A stretch of 63,478 nucleotides of DNA, counting the filler, from Octopus bimaculoides (lineage: Eukaryota): NCBI RefSeq assembly GCF_001194135.2. It is 5 parts of 5 records of this genome, joined end to end, with 100 filler letters (N's around TTAATTAATTAA, not from the genome) between each part and the next. Parts side by side here need not be neighbours in the genome. Positions count along the whole stretch, not along the records: positions 18,133 to 38,066 come from NC_068988.1; 4 more parts are not named here. The stretch is one strand, 5' to 3'. The notes under the pieces are model-generated. The model searched no databases and was not told the origin of the DNA. It worked only from the letters and a program-made list of their open reading frames with translations. Position 1 is the first letter of the stretch, and each line of letters begins with the position of its first letter. Shown here piece by piece: positions 24,134 through 37,952 of this stretch. A program made the position numbers and the translations under genes.

Positions 24134-24586
24134 GGCATGAATAATTACAACTTTAGTACTAACCAATTTGCTTACCAAATCATCAGTAAATTTCAGCTAA
24201 ACCAGTGTATCTTATTGTTGAAGGCTGTGAAGTTTTAAAAGGTAACAGACAAAATGTCATGCTTCGTATGATAAAAATGCACTATGACAAAGAAAAAGGG
24301 ATTATGTGATTGCAAACTTTGAATTTCTCATTAATAAAAAATTGGAAGTCAAAACATTTTCAATAAAATCTTTTGTCAAGATAGGTATTTGCCAGTTTGA
24401 GAACCACTAAAGTGAGTAGGACTAATGTGGGATAGGACATCATGAAGGGTAAATCAAAGAGCCCTACAATTGCCCCTACCCACCTGTGTTTTCTGGCATA
24501 AAAGTACTTATAAAGAGAAGAAGACTCCTTTATCCAGTCCATTCTTGCTATTCTCATCCATGTCATAATGCTTTCAAGTTTTGGTA

Positions 24587-24781
24587 TGAGGCCAGAAATT
24601 TCATGGGTAGAATAAGTTGATTACATCGACCCCAGTGCTCAACTAGTACTTATTTTATTGACCTTGAAAAGATGAAAGACAAAGTCTACATCAATGGAAT
24701 TTGACTCAGAACGTAAAGATGGACGAAATGCCACCAAGCATTTCGATCAGCGTGCTAATAATTCTGCCAGGTCACCGCCTT
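24587..24781 (-). mobile_element. SINE family D copy, diverged
   Basis: GATTACATCGACCCCAGTG...GGAATTTGACTCAGAACGTAAAG...TTCTGCCAGGTCACCGCCT. Confidence 0.8.
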
Positions 24782-25372
24782 CTGTTATTCATATCATAAT
24801 ACTAAGCTAAACGATGTTAGTGCCGGTAAAAGCTGTTAACTGTACCGAAATTCACTAGTAAAGCCTTCAGTGACCTAAGCAAATTTCACATTGGTGTAAA
24901 CACTCAGGTTACGTCTTTGGCCTGAAAGTAGTTCTCTTCCGTCTCTTCACCAGTCTGGGAGACTGTGAAAACAACATGAGGGATACATTGCTAATTATGG
25001 ACTATGTGGTAGAAAACAAATTGCTTCATTGCTCATCTTACTTAATATCGTTTGCTGAAGATTTTAGAATACATACATTTACTTCAAAACAGATAAGATA
25101 TATTTACAAGAAGAGAATTTATTAATTCATATATTGTCTATTGCTGTCAGTAATTTCCCCTTTGAGAACCTCTTAATTATTTACATAGCATACAGTTGAG
25201 ACATCATGGTTATTTTATATAGAAAAGTTAATAAAGAGGAGTTAATAAAGGAAAGCTAGACGAAGTAGATACAGTGAATATGTATCTGTGTGTGTGTGTA
25301 TAAGCTTACATGCACACATGTGCACACACACAAAAATATATATACATATGTGTATGTGTGAATGTATGTATG

Positions 25373-25430
<58 letters not shown>

Positions 25431-26455
25431 NNNNNNNNNNNNNNNNNNNNNNNNNNNNNNNNNNNNNNNNNNNNNNNNNNNNNNNNNNNNNNNNNNNNNN
25501 NNNNNNNNNNNNNNNNNNNNNNNNNNNNNNNNNNNNNNNNNNNNNNNNNNNNNNNNNNNNNNNNNNNNNNNNNNNNNNNNNNNNNNNNNNNNNNNNNNNN
25601 NNNNNNNNNNNNNNNNNNNNNNNNNNNNNNNNNNNNNNNNNNNNNNNNNNNNNNNNNNNNNNNNNNNNNNNNNNNNNNNNNNNNNNNNNNNNNNNNNNNN
25701 NNNNNNNNNNNNNNNNNNNNNNNNNNNNNNNNNNNNNNNNNNNNNNNNNNTATATATACATGTGTACACACATATTTCTATCTAACTATCAATCTATGTC
25801 TGTAGATTGATAGTTTGATTGCTAGATATATAAATGAACATATGTGTGTATACATACATACATACATACATGAATACATACATACATACATACATACATA
25901 CATACTTACTTACCTACCTACCTACATACATACAGACATACATACACACTTGTGCATGCATACATACATACAGACATACATACACACATGTGCTTACATA
26001 CGTACATGCATACATACTTGTATAAAAACTTAAATGTCCTTATTAAAAATATCTCATTTGGTTTAGATGTTTGATATTTCTTACACTATGTTCACATTGA
26101 AGCAGAAAAAAATACCTGCATTTTCACCCTCTGAACCCTACCTGCAATTAAAGGAATGCCTGGAAGCAACTTCGAGATAACTTATTATTGCCAGGTTTAT
26201 GGTCACAAAAAAAAAAAATATATATATATATCCAAACACCTAGTGTTTGGCAATATGACAATTCTAATAACAGTGATTACTCAGATTGGCACAAGGCCAT
26301 GATTCATGAGGTAGGGCGACGTGAAGTGAATCAAGAAAAAGTTTTGTAGATAAAAGGCAAAAGTTTATTTCTGTGACATTTGTACTCAGGATACGCAGGG
26401 ATATTACTAAGTATTGTCAGACGTTTTGACTGAGAGTATACACTCTCTGCTGCTG

Positions 26456-26513
<58 letters not shown>

Positions 26514-26514
26514 C

Positions 26515-26549
<35 letters not shown>

Positions 26550-26557
26550 TGATGATA

Positions 26558-26805
26558 ATTGCAGTCCATCCTGATCAAAATATTATCCAAAAAGAAGTGG
26601 AGAAATTGTCAAAGTACAAAGACCTCGGAGTTGAAGTATTCAAGATGTGGGGCAAGAAGGTAAAAACAATACCAGTAATAATTGAAGCATTGGGCTAAAT
26701 AAAAAAAACGTAGAAGCTATACCTGTATCCTCAACACTACGCACTATCCCAAAAATAATCCTGGTGGGAACAGCCCACATTCTACACAAGTCACTATCGA
26801 TTCAA
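26558..26805 (+). pseudogene. R4/Dong-clade LINE 3' end (RLE domain), 5'-truncated next to (CTA)n/(TAA)n
   Basis: IAVHPDQNIIQKEVEKLSKYKDLGVEVFKMW...IPVIIEALG...ILVGTAHILHKSL. Confidence 0.8.
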
Positions 26806-28269
26806 TAATAGAACCTAAACAAAACAATCCACAAACACAAGACACACACTGTACAGCAAATATCCAATGAAATAAACTAACACCAGCAGTCGAAATGCCT
26901 AAGAAACAATATCAAACTGTAAATAATATTCGACTAGGGGGAAAAGAATAACATACCAGAGACGATTGTGCATAAAATAACGCCTAGAGGAAATGACACA
27001 ACTTTGCGCATTGGCCCTTAGCCATCTGTGTGTTCGTATGTACCTACATATATTCTAGNNNNNNNNNNNNNNNNNNNNNNNNNNNNNNNNNNNNNNNNNN
27101 NNNNNNNNNNNNNNNNNNNNNNNNNNNNNNNNNNNNNNNNNNNNNNNNNNNNNNNNNNNNNNNNNNNNNNNNNNNNNNNNNNNNNNNNNNNNNNNNNNNN
27201 NNNNNNNNNNNNNNNNNNNNNNNNNNNNNNNNNNNNNNNNNNNNNNNNNNNNNNNNNNNNNNNNNNNNNNNNNNNNNNNNNNNNNNNNNNNNNNNNNNNN
27301 NNNNNNNNNNNNNNNNNNNNNNNNNNNNNNNNNNNNNNNNNNNNNNNNNNNNNNNNNNNNNNNNNNNNNNNNNNNNNNNNNNNNNNNNNNNNNNNNNNNN
27401 NNNNNNNNNNNNNNNNNNNNNNNNNNNNNNNNNNNNNNNNNNNNNNNNNNNNNNNNNNNNNNNNNNNNNNNNNNNNNNNNNNNNNNNNNNNNNNNNNNNN
27501 NNNNNNNNNNNNNNNNNNNNNNNNNNNNNNNNNNNNNNNNNNNNNNNNNNNNNNNNNNNNNNNNNNNNNNNNNNNNNNNNNNNNNNNNNNNNNNNNNNNN
27601 NNNNNNNNNNNNNNNNNNNNNNNNNNNNNNNNNNNNNNNNNNNNNNNNNNNNNNNNNNNNNNNNNNNNNNNNNNNNNNNNNNNNNNNNNNNNNNNNNNNN
27701 NNNNNNNNNNNNNNNNNNNNNNNNNNNNNNNNNNNNNNNNNNNNNNNNNNNNNNNNNNNNNNNNNNNNNNNNNNNNNNNNNNNNNNNNNNNNNNNNNNNN
27801 NNNNNNNNNNNNNNNNNNNNNNNNNNNNNNNNNNNNNNNNNNNNNNNNNNNNNNNNNNNNNNNNNNNNNNNNNNNNNNNNNNNNNNNNNNNNNNNNNNNN
27901 NNNNNNNNNNNNNNNNNNNNNNNNNNNNNNNNNNNNNTATCGGAAAACGAAGTTACCAGTATACGAAAACATGAAAAATTAAGGACAACAAACGTATAAG
28001 TCGATGGACCTAACGAAAAATCAGCCAGCATGACTGGACGAAATAGAACGCGGGACAAAAGGACAAAGATATGAAACAGTGGACAGAGGCAGAAACGATT
28101 TTGTGTAAGTAATGTTAAGAAGTAATGCGTCGCTATCATTTTCTCTACATGGATGTGTATTTATAAGCGATCAGCTCCTTCGCGCTTTTCGTCTATCTCT
28201 TTGTCTTCCAATCTTTTCTCATTTCTATCGCTTTTACTTTGTTCCTCGTTCTCTCTCTCATCTTTCCTT

Positions 28270-28710
28270 CTCTCTCTAATTCTCATCTCCACACAAATCC
28301 TTCTCCTTCTGCTTCTTTATATCCTCCTCCTGCTTCTTTATCTCCTCCTTCTCCTCTTCCTGCATCTCTTCTTGCTCCTCTGTCTTCTCTTCCTCCTCTA
28401 TCTCATCCTCCTGCACGTATATCCCCTCCTCCACCTGTATCTCCTCCTTCTTATCTTGCTCCTCTATCTTATCTTCTTGCTCCTCTATCTCCTCCTCTAC
28501 CTCTTCTTCCACCTCTTGCTCATCTACCTCCTCCTCCTCTACTCTTCTTCCATCTCCAGCTCCTCTACCTCCTCTTCTTCTAGCTCTACTTCCTCTTCTA
28601 GCTTCTCTTCCTCCTCTAGTTCCTCTTGCACCTCTGGCTCCTCTTCCTCTATCTTCTCCTCCCCTGTTCCACTTTCTCTTCCTCCAGCAGCACCATCTCC
28701 TCCCTATATT
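28270..28710. repeat. Cryptic (CTC/CTT)n pyrimidine triplet tract
   Basis: Degenerate triplet periodicity; gives a Glu-rich then Arg/Gly-rich pseudo-ORF on the minus strand. Confidence 0.8.
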
Positions 28711-29035
28711 TTTTTTTGTATTTTTCTCAGGATGCCTTTCCATCATCCCATGAATCAAGACTCTGGTGCCACAGTATCTGATACCTGCTATCTTGTTGTT
28801 TGCTATGTATTTCTCATTGACCAAGGGCTGACTTCCAATGCTCTCTTATATATATACCCTTAATATTACTTTATAGGCAACTGTTTCTGGTATGTTGTTT
28901 TGTTTTTTTCAACCGAACTTAAAGATTTCACTTTTTATCATTTTTTTGCCATTTCATTCTGCCATCAGCTTATTTCACACGAACTGATTTCTCATCAAGT
29001 TAACAAAATCAGTCGTTTGTTCTGTATAATTTTTC

Positions 29036-29073
<38 letters not shown>

Positions 29074-31198
29074 NNNNNNNNNNNNNNNNNNNNNNNNNNN
29101 NNNNNNNNNNNNNNNNNNNNNNNNNNNNNNNNNNNNNNNNNNNNNNNNNNNNNNNNNNNNNNNNNNNNNNNNNNNNNNNNNNNNNNNNNNNNNNNNNNNN
29201 NNNNNNNNNNNNNNNNNNNNNNNNNNNNNNNNNNNNNNNNNNNNNNNNNNNNNNNNNNNNNNNNNNNNNNNNNNNNNNNNNNNNNNNNNNNNNNNNNNNN
29301 NNNNNNNNNNNNNNNNNNNNNNNNNNNNNNNNNNNNNNNNNNNNNNNNNNNNNNNNNNNNNNNNNNNNNNNNNNNNNNNNNNNNNNNNNNNNNNNNNNNN
29401 NNNNNNNNNNNNNNNNNNNNNNNNNNNNNNNNNNNNNNNNNNNNNNNNNNNNNNNNNNNNNNNNNNNNNNNNNNNNNNNNNNNNNNNNNNNNNNNNNNNN
29501 NNNNNNNNNNNNNNNNNNNNNNNNNNNNNNNNNNNNNNNNNNNNNNNNNNNNNNNNNNNNNNNNNNNNNNNNNNNNNNNNNNNNNNNNNNNNNNNNNNNN
29601 NNNNNNNNNNNNNNNNNNNNNNNNNNNNNNNNNNNNNNNNNNNNNNNNNNNNNNNNNNNNNNNNNNNNATATATATATATATATGCATATATATATATAT
29701 ATATATATATAATAATTTTCCAGTAAATTTTGTAATCGTTACCAATATAGCATAAGATTTCACCCCAAAGGATTATTGATTAGATTCCTTAAGGATCGTT
29801 CTCATTGTTTATATTTCCAAGGTTTCAAATTTGTATATTTATAAACGATAGAGACTTTCAACACGATCGATTTTTATTCCATTTAATTAATTATTTACCA
29901 TTCGATGTCAAAATTTCTGTGCTCTACTCTATCCAGCGACTGATCCGTTGGATGACTGACGTTTGGCACTTCCTCAGGAATGGCTTCCATTAGAACAAAT
30001 GACCAAAAAACCCAATTATCTATCAGAACAGATTATTAAAAATTATTTAACTATACTGTTCTTCCGCCATGTTGTCTTGGTTGTGTTTTGATTATGATAT
30101 ACAGGGGAGGTAACTCCTTAATCTTTTCTATTGTTATCGCTCTCCCGTGAATGTCTACTAGATTAATTCATTTTATTTATTTATTTATTTATTTATTATT
30201 AATTTATTAATTAATTTATTAATTTATTTATTAATGACTATTGATTATCCCCGATAGGTGGATTATTTTTGTTGCCCCTGGGAGGCTATCATTGCTATTA
30301 TTTAACTTTACATTAATATTGTGTCTCATTATTGGGCTAAGAGAATTTTATCCAGAAATCATTGCTCCTAGGAATCTTTTCAAGCTCCATCACTGATATA
30401 TTCAATAATATTTCAATATATTATCATTATTTGCTATTACCATTATATTCTATGGGTTTTATACTAAGATTTGAACAATATCTACCCTTATCATGGTTGG
30501 GTCATGCACTTATATTCTGTTTAGAGATCTAACAATTGGCTGTATTGTACTGTACTGTATTACCCGTTCCCGTTCCACTTCTCTTCTTTATATCCAATCT
30601 ATACTGAGTTGTTCCTAGGTCTGGGTAGCAAATCGATCGTGTTGAAAGTCTCTATCGTTTTTAAATATACAAATTTGAAACCTTAGAAATATATATATAT
30701 ATANNNNNNNNNNNNNNNNNNNNNNNNNNNNNNNNNNNNNNNNNNNNNNNNNNNNNNNNNNNNNNNNNNNNNNNNNNNNNNNNNNNNNNNNNNNNNNNNN
30801 NNNNNNNNNNNNNNNNNNNNNNNNNNNNNNNNNNNNNNNNNNNNNNNNNNNNNNNNNNNNNNNNNNNNNNNNNNNNNNNNNNNNNNNNNNNNNNNNNNNN
30901 NNNNNNNNNNNNNNNNNNNNNNNNNNNNNNNNNNNNNNNNNNNNNNNNNNNNNNNNNNNNNNNNNNNNNNNNNNNNNNNNNNNNNNNNNNNNNNNNNNNN
31001 NNNNNNNNNNNNNNNNNNNNNNNNNNNNNNNNNNNNNNNNNNNNNNNNNNATATATTTATATATTTATATATATAGTCAAGCGTTTGCTTGTTTACATCA
31101 CATGCAGAATTTACAACTAATTTATATTTGGCACTTAATTAAATCTACCCGTGTGTACAGTCATGTGTATATAGTAAAAACATTCTATTTATACACAC

Positions 31199-31241
<43 letters not shown>

Positions 31242-31838
31242 CATGTATACATATACATGTATATGTATATATATACATATACATGTATGTATACATGTAT
31301 GTATACATACATACAGCCACAAACATAAAACACAAGAAACTTTGAGTGTACAGGCAGACATTAAAAGTTTTGCTATGGTTTTCCTCTTTCGATCTTGATG
31401 GGCACACACACAAACACACACACACTGACACACACACACACACACACACACACACNNNNNNNNNNNNNNNNNNNNNNNNNNNNNNNNNNNNNNNNNNNNN
31501 NNNNNNNNNNNNNNNNNNNNNNNNNNNNNNNNNNNNNNNNNNNNNNNNNNNNNNNNNNNNNNNNNNNNNNNNNNNNNNNNNNNNNNNNNNNNNNNNNNNN
31601 NNNNNNNNNNNNNNNNNNNNNNNNNNNNNNNNNNNNNNNATATGTATATATATGTATGTATGTATGTATCAGTATGTAAAGATTACACCACCACCAATTT
31701 AGGTTGAGCTTCCGGCCACAATTTTCTCCCTAATTAAATCTGATACGTTCGTTTAGCTATGATATCATCGTTACTTTTCCTTTTTCTTTTTCTTGCATCT
31801 TTTCCAACCAACCAACATTAAAAGTTTTCTTTTGCGTA

Positions 31839-31906
<68 letters not shown>

Positions 31907-32805
31907 TCCATTATATTATTATTTTTGTTACCTCAATGTTATTCACAGTTTGTTATTTCTCTATTTGTATTTTGCTGCTGTTCCTGCTGTTGTTGTTCTT
32001 GTTCTTCTTCTTCTTGTTCTTCTTCTTCTTCTTCTTCTTCTTCTTCTTCTTCTTCTTCTTCTTCTTCTTCTTCTTTTGATTGGTAGTAGTAATATAAGTA
32101 GTATTTTGCTACTATTGTAATTATTATTGTCATTGTTGTTGTTGCAGCTCCTGCTGTTGTTTTTTTTGTTTTTGTTGATGTTGTTTTTGTTATTGTTGTT
32201 GTTGTAGTTGTTGTAGCTATTATTAGTTTTCCAACTTAGTTTATCAATGTTTTTCAGTTTTTGCTGTGAGATCACTCATTGAGATATTTCTCAGAGCAGT
32301 TTAATTTAATAAGTACATGGTACATGTTGTAGCAGCATTAGTAGTTGGTGGAGGTCGAGAAAGAGATGGCGGTACTGCTACTGATGATGATGATGAGGAG
32401 GATGATGATGATGAGGAGGAGGAGGAGGCTGATGGTGTTGATGCTATTTCTGTTCTTGTTATTTATATTTGTTTGTCAATGTTATTTTTGTTGCTGTTAT
32501 TTCTGTTGTTGTTGTTGTTGTTTATGGTGATGTCATTATTGTTGTTGATGCGCTTGTTGCTGCTACAGGTGTAGCTGTGATAATTGATTCTAAACAAAGA
32601 GACTTAAGCTCAAATGTATTCTAGTTGTGACCATCTCGTCATTTAAAATTATTTTTGTCGCATTATCAAGATCTACATTGCTGAATATGTCCTTTTAATT
32701 TTTAAAAAGAACATAGATTGATTTAAAGGATATTTAGCTGCTATTTTATGCAATCCCTTCATTTGTACTTATTACTATTTCCGTTATAAATCCTTTTGTT
32801 TGTGG

Positions 32806-33558
32806 TAAGGCATCAAGCTAGCAGAATCATTAGCGTTCCAGGTGGCAAGCTGCCAGCATCATTAGCACACCGGGTGAAATGCTTAGCGGTATTTCGCCTG
32901 TCGCTATGTTCTGAGTTCAAATTCTGCCGAGGTCGACTTTGCTTTTCATCCGTTCGGGATCGATTAAATAAGTACCAGTTACGCACTTGGGTCGATATAA
33001 TTGACTTAATCCGTTTGTCTGTCCTTGTTTGTCCCCTTGTGAAATAACCAGTGTTAACAATACCACAAGAAGAACAAAGACAAAAATATTGTTTACCCTG
33101 TGGGTAGTAAAGAAATAAGAATCGATAGTATGCCAGGCAAAATACTTTGCAGCCTTTTGCCCATCTTCACATTCTCAGTTCAAATACCACTAAGATCAAC
33201 TTTATCTTTCATTCTTTTGAGGCCAATAAAATAAATACCAGGGGTCAATGTAATAAGCACTGGGGTCAATGTAATTGACTTACTCCCTTCCCCAAAATTG
33301 CTGGCTTTGTGCCAAAATTTTATACCAATATTTTCATTTGTGGTAAGGTGGCAAGCTGATTGAACCATTAACATGTCAAACAAAATGCTTAGCGACATTT
33401 TGTCCATCTTTATGTGCTGAGTTCAAATTCCACTGAGGTTGATTTTGCCTTTCACCCTTTTTGGGTCAATAAAATGGGTACCAGCTGAGCACTGGAGTCA
33501 ATGTAATTGATTTATCCACTCCCCCAAAATTGCTGGCCTTGTGCCAAAATTTGAAGTC
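32806..33558 (+). mobile_element. Cluster of three diverged SINE family D copies (32806-33045, 33105-33325, 33343-33558)
   Basis: Each has a GAGTTCAAAT-type B box, GCCTTTCATCC-like core and GTACCAG; the first has a doubled head. Confidence 0.8.
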
Positions 33559-33585
33559 AATATTTTTGTTTTTGTTCTTGTCGTA

Positions 33586-33851
33586 TTACTCTTTACTCTT
33601 TTACTTGTTTCAGTCATTTGACTGCGGCCATGCTGGAGCACCGCCTTTAGTCGAGCAAATCGACACTAGGACTTATTCTTTGTAAGCCTAGTACTTATTC
33701 TATCGGTCTCTTTTGCTGAACCGCTAAGTTCCGGGAACGTAAATGCACCAGCATCGGTTGTCAAGCGATGTTGGGGGGGGGGACAAACAGAGACACACAA
33801 ACATATACACACACATACATACATACATACATATATATATGTTTATATATA
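33586..33851 (-). mobile_element. SINE family B 3' part with internal (CA)/(TA) microsatellite
   Basis: Reverse complement ends GGCGGTGCTCCAGCATGGCCGCAGTCAAATGACTGAAACAAGTAAAAGAGTAAAAGAG; related copies at 36947, 55545, 61195 and 63230. Confidence 0.8.
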
Positions 33852-34560
33852 NNNNNNNNNNNNNNNNNNNNNNNNNNNNNNNNNNNNNNNNNNNNNNNNN
33901 NNNNNNNNNNNNNNNNNNNNNNNNNNNNNNNNNNNNNNNNNNNNNNNNNNNNNNNNNNNNNNNNNNNNNNNNNNNNNNNNNNNNNNNNNNNNNNNNNNNN
34001 NNNNNNNNNNNNNNNNNNNNNNNNNNNNNNNNNNNNNNNNNNNNNNNNNNNNNNNNNNNNNNNNNNNNNNNNNNNNNNNNNNNNNNNNNNNNNNNNNNNN
34101 NNNNNNNNNNNNNNNNNNNNNNNNNNNNNNNNNNNNNNNNNNNNNNNNNNNNNNNNNNNNNNNNNNNNNNNNNNNNNNNNNNNNNNNNNNNNNNNNNNNN
34201 NNNNNNNNNNNNNNNNNNNNNNNNNNNNNNNNNNNNNNNNNNNNNNNNNNNNNNNNNNNNNNNNNNNNNNNNNNNNNNNNNNNNNNNNCAGTGGAATCTA
34301 TCCACTGGTTTTCAGAAATAGAGTTATTAATATTTCTAAGTCTCTCTAAAGGAGACTACGGCAGCGGTACTGGAAATTAATAGTTATCGCCAAGCCAACA
34401 TGGCAGTCCCAAAATTAGGACGAAAGCTGCCGTGAATTAGCTCCAAGAAGCCATCGCCTCTAGCTAGCTATGTGACACACGAAACCTGTGTCCTTTATAA
34501 CCTTCGAACAGGGGAGGTCAGCAGTGTTCCCCTGCTGGTTTGGCATCTGCAGACTAGTTT

Positions 34561-34657
34561 CATATATACGACGGGCTTCTTTCAGTTTCCATCTACCAAA
34601 TCCACTCACAAGGCTTTGGTCGGCCCGAGGCTATAGTAGAAGACACTTGCCCAAGGT
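34561..34657 (-). mobile_element. SINE family B central part, 5'-truncated
   Basis: Reverse complement ACCTTGGGCAAGTGTCTTCTACTATAGCCTCGGGCCGACCAAAGCC matches 3480-3570. Confidence 0.8.
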
Positions 34658-34679
34658 AGTGATTAGTACTGGCAAAATT

Positions 34680-36130
34680 AATAGTAATGGTGATGGTAGT
34701 AGCAGTGGTGGTAGTTGTGGTGGTGGTGGTCGTGGTGGTGATAGTGGTGGTGGTGGTGATAGTGGTGGTAGTAGTTGTGGTAATGGTTGTGGTGATGATA
34801 GTGGTGGTAATAGTTTTGGTAATGGTAGTAGTGGTGTGTTGGTTGTGGTGGTGGTGGTTGTAGCAGTGGTGGTGGTTGTTGTAGCAGTGGTGGTGGTTGT
34901 TGTGGTAAAGTTGGTGGTGGTTGTGATGTTTGTGGTGGTTGTGGTGGTGATAGTGATGGTGGTGGAAAAAGTAATAGTAATGGTGATGGTAGCAGCAGTG
35001 GTGGTGGTGATGATGGTATGATGATGGTGGCAGTATTGATGATGATAGTGGAAGTGGTGGTGATAGTCGCGAACATGGTGATGATGATGGTAGTCGCGGT
35101 GATGATAGTCGCAGTGGTAGTAACAGTGTAGTGATAGCTTTGGTGATGGTGTTTATTCTTCTCTACTCTAGGCACAAAGCCCAGAATTTTTAGGGAGGTG
35201 TCCAGTCGATTAGATCGACCCCAGTACGCAACTGGTACTTAATTTATCGACCTCGAAAGAATGAAAGGCAAAGTCGGCCTCGGCGGAATTTGAACTCAGA
35301 ACGTAAAGACAGACAGAATACCGCTAAGAATTTCGCCCGGCGTGCTAACGTTTCTTATCTCTTTATTGCCCACAAGGGGCTAAACATAGAGGGGACAAAC
35401 AAGGACAGACAAAGGGATCGAGTCGATTACATCGACCCCAGTGCGTAACTGGTACTTAATTTATCGACCCCGAAAGGATGAAAGGCAAAGTCGGCCTCGG
35501 CGGAATTTGAACTCAGAACGTAACGNNNNNNNNNNACCCCAGTGCGTAACTGGTACTTAATTTATCGACCCCGAAAGGATGAAAGGCAAAGTCGGCCTCG
35601 GCGGCATTTGAACTCAGAACGTAACGGTAAACGAAATACCGGTAAGCATTTCGCCCGACGTACTAACGTTTCTTACCTCTTTATTGCCCACAAGGGGCTA
35701 AACATAGAGGGGACAAACAAGGAGAGACAAAGGGATCGAGTCGATTACATCGACCCCAGTGCGTAACTGGTACTTAATTTATCGACCCCGAAAGGATGAA
35801 AGGCAAAGTCGGCCTCGGCGGAATTTGAACTCAGAACGTAACGGTAAACGAAATACCGGTAAGCAATTCGTCCGGCGCGCTAACGTTTCTGCCAGCTCAC
35901 CGCCTTGGTGATGGCGTTTATTGTGGCAGTGATGGTGATACTAGTAGGAGGAGAACTAATAATTTCAGGCGTAGTAGTGGTGGTAATGATGGTAGCAATG
36001 TCAACGATGGTAACGCTAAAACCATTATTAATGATGGAGTTGGTAGTAGCGTTTGTGGTGATTATTATGATGGCGATTATCAGCGCATTGATCAAGAAGA
36101 TTTATGTGGTTATAATTACAGTTGTGGTTT
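34680..36130. repeat. Degenerate (GGT/GAT/GTA)n tract, interrupted by the SINE multimer at 35158-35904
   Basis: Triplet tract on both sides of the insertion. Confidence 0.85.
35158..35904 (-). mobile_element. Head-to-tail multimer of young SINE family D units flanked by an 18-bp TSD
   Basis: Three or four near-identical units; TTGGTGATGG(T/C)GTTTATT at 35140-35157 and 35905-35922; 10-N gap at 35526-35535. Confidence 0.88.
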
Positions 36131-36458
36131 GTCGTGATATTTTTGTTAATGTTGAACATTAAAATGAGAAAACTACTGGCTATTGTTCAGACCATAAAGT
36201 TTATACTGAAATGGCATTTTTTTTTAATGGGAAGAGGAATGACCCTTGTGACTCATGGAAGGAAGTTTCCCTCAAGCCAGAAACCTCGCCCGACTGTTTG
36301 ACACAGAGAGGGCACCATTAAAGTAAGCAACCAAGGGCCAGGTGCTGGTATTTAAACTGAGTAACAGATTATTCTACCATCCAAGAACAGGAAAGCTCCC
36401 TTCATTGGGCTTCCACACATTTTCCGTCTATCAAATTTCACTTACAGGACCCCTTTCG

Positions 36459-36772
36459 TCCATGAATGAGAATGAGATTGCACCTAGAAAGTTCCCCTCT
36501 AAGGCACAAGTCCGAGCAAGAGTGTCTACGGAAGACCAGTAGTCGCTCATGCATACCAGCCTTCTCTCTCCACGCCACCGATGTTATCCAAAGGAAAGGC
36601 AAAGTCCGATACAGCTTGGCACCAGTGACGTCGTAACTCATTTCTACAGCTGAGGGAACTGGAGCAACGTGAAATAAAGAGTCTTACTCGAGAAAACATC
36701 ACATAACCCGGTCCGGGAATCGAACTCACTACGTCATGATTGTGAGCCCGATGTTCTGAGCCATGCGCCTTC
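36459..36772 (-). mobile_element. tRNA-derived SINE, family F
   Basis: Reverse complement starts GAAGGCGCATGGCTCAG with B box GAGTTCGATTCCC, then GAGTAAGACTCTTTATTTCACGTTGCTCCAG core. Confidence 0.75.
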
Positions 36773-36946
36773 GTTTATAAGACATATATTAATTGGCATA
36801 ATGAGATCAAATCCTAAGCCATGACTTTACTTATACAACATTAATAAAAGATAATAACTGAAAAGTATGGCTGCAAGTAAGGGTGTAGGGATAAGGAGTT
36901 TCTCATATATTTCTAGGTTTGATTCCATTGCGCAACATATTCTTTT

Positions 36947-37103
36947 ATTTGTTTCAGTCATTTGACTGCAGTTATGCTGGAGCACCACCTTAAAGGCTTT
37001 CAGTCGAACAAATCAATCTCAGGGCTTATTCTTTGTAAATACTTATTCTATCGATCACTTTTGCCGAACCACTAGGTTACGGGGACGTCGACACACCAAC
37101 ATT
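36947..37103 (-). mobile_element. SINE family B 3' fragment
   Basis: TTGTTTCAGTCATTTGACTGC...GCTGGAGCACC...TTGCCGAACC. Confidence 0.75.
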
Positions 37104-37649
37104 AAATACTCCCACCTCGAAGCTATTTAAATTTTCTTCACCCTGTTTCCAAACAATTGACATAGTGAATATGTTCTACGTCAACGAAACATAAAGTAAT
37201 GTGGAGCTAAGTCAAACAGTTATTATATAAATATAGAGCTATTAAATAGATATAACTCCATCTTTATGGAGCGCACCTAATTTTGTTTCTCCACTCACTC
37301 ATTCATATGTGTGTGTGTGTGTTTGTATGTGTGTATGTGTGTATGTGTCTGTGTAATATGTATGCATGTATATGTATCAGTGTGGGAAGGAAGGATTATT
37401 AAGTGCGCAAACATACCTAGAGGTATTTGGATACCCTTGGTTACTGCACTTTATAGTCTGGTTGGATTCATTGTTTCACCTTATGTGGTTGACAAAATAA
37501 TTAACAGACAAAATAGTGAGGTCGATAAAATTGACTAAAACTCTTTGAAGGTTGTAACATAGTATGATTTCATTCCAATGACAGAAGCCAGCAAAAGAAC
37601 AAATGAAAAGTTCTATCAACTCTGATAGAAACCCCATCGCATCACAACA

Positions 37650-37684
<35 letters not shown>

Positions 37685-37774
37685 GCAAGAAATGCTGGAA
37701 TTAAATTACTGCGAAGGATACAGCTAGAAATTCATACAAAATCATACTGTATATATGCTTGTATACACGTGCAC

Positions 37775-37808
<34 letters not shown>

Positions 37809-37952
37809 GCACACACAGACACACATACATACACATGCACATACGTATTCATGAATAATTGATGTTCGCTTTGAATAAAGTTATAAGCACACACACACTG
37901 TGGACATTGGTGGCGATTTTTTCTTCCTCCGTTTTTCCCTTCTTTGAACTTT

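Noticed and set aside
24909-24968. Minus-strand frame SPRLVKRRKRTTFRPK resembling a homeodomain N-terminal arm
   Set aside because: The frame stops or splices straight after and no helix 1-3 sequence is found nearby; likely chance.
28276-28824. 182-aa Glu-rich ORF
   Set aside because: Decayed triplet repeat that switches register midway (RG-rich to E-rich), with no splice or domain support.
30030-30690. Possible decayed LINE ORF1 or Penelope fragment on the minus strand (SLPGATKII)
   Set aside because: Only one short motif and many stops in all frames; not supportable without a search.
5137-34349. Long ORFs in the supplied track (e.g. 5137-6120, 19877-21268, 27018-28139, 28900-29712, 33724-34349)
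   Set aside because: They run through N-gaps or microsatellites; apart from the LINE-derived parts they have no coding signal.
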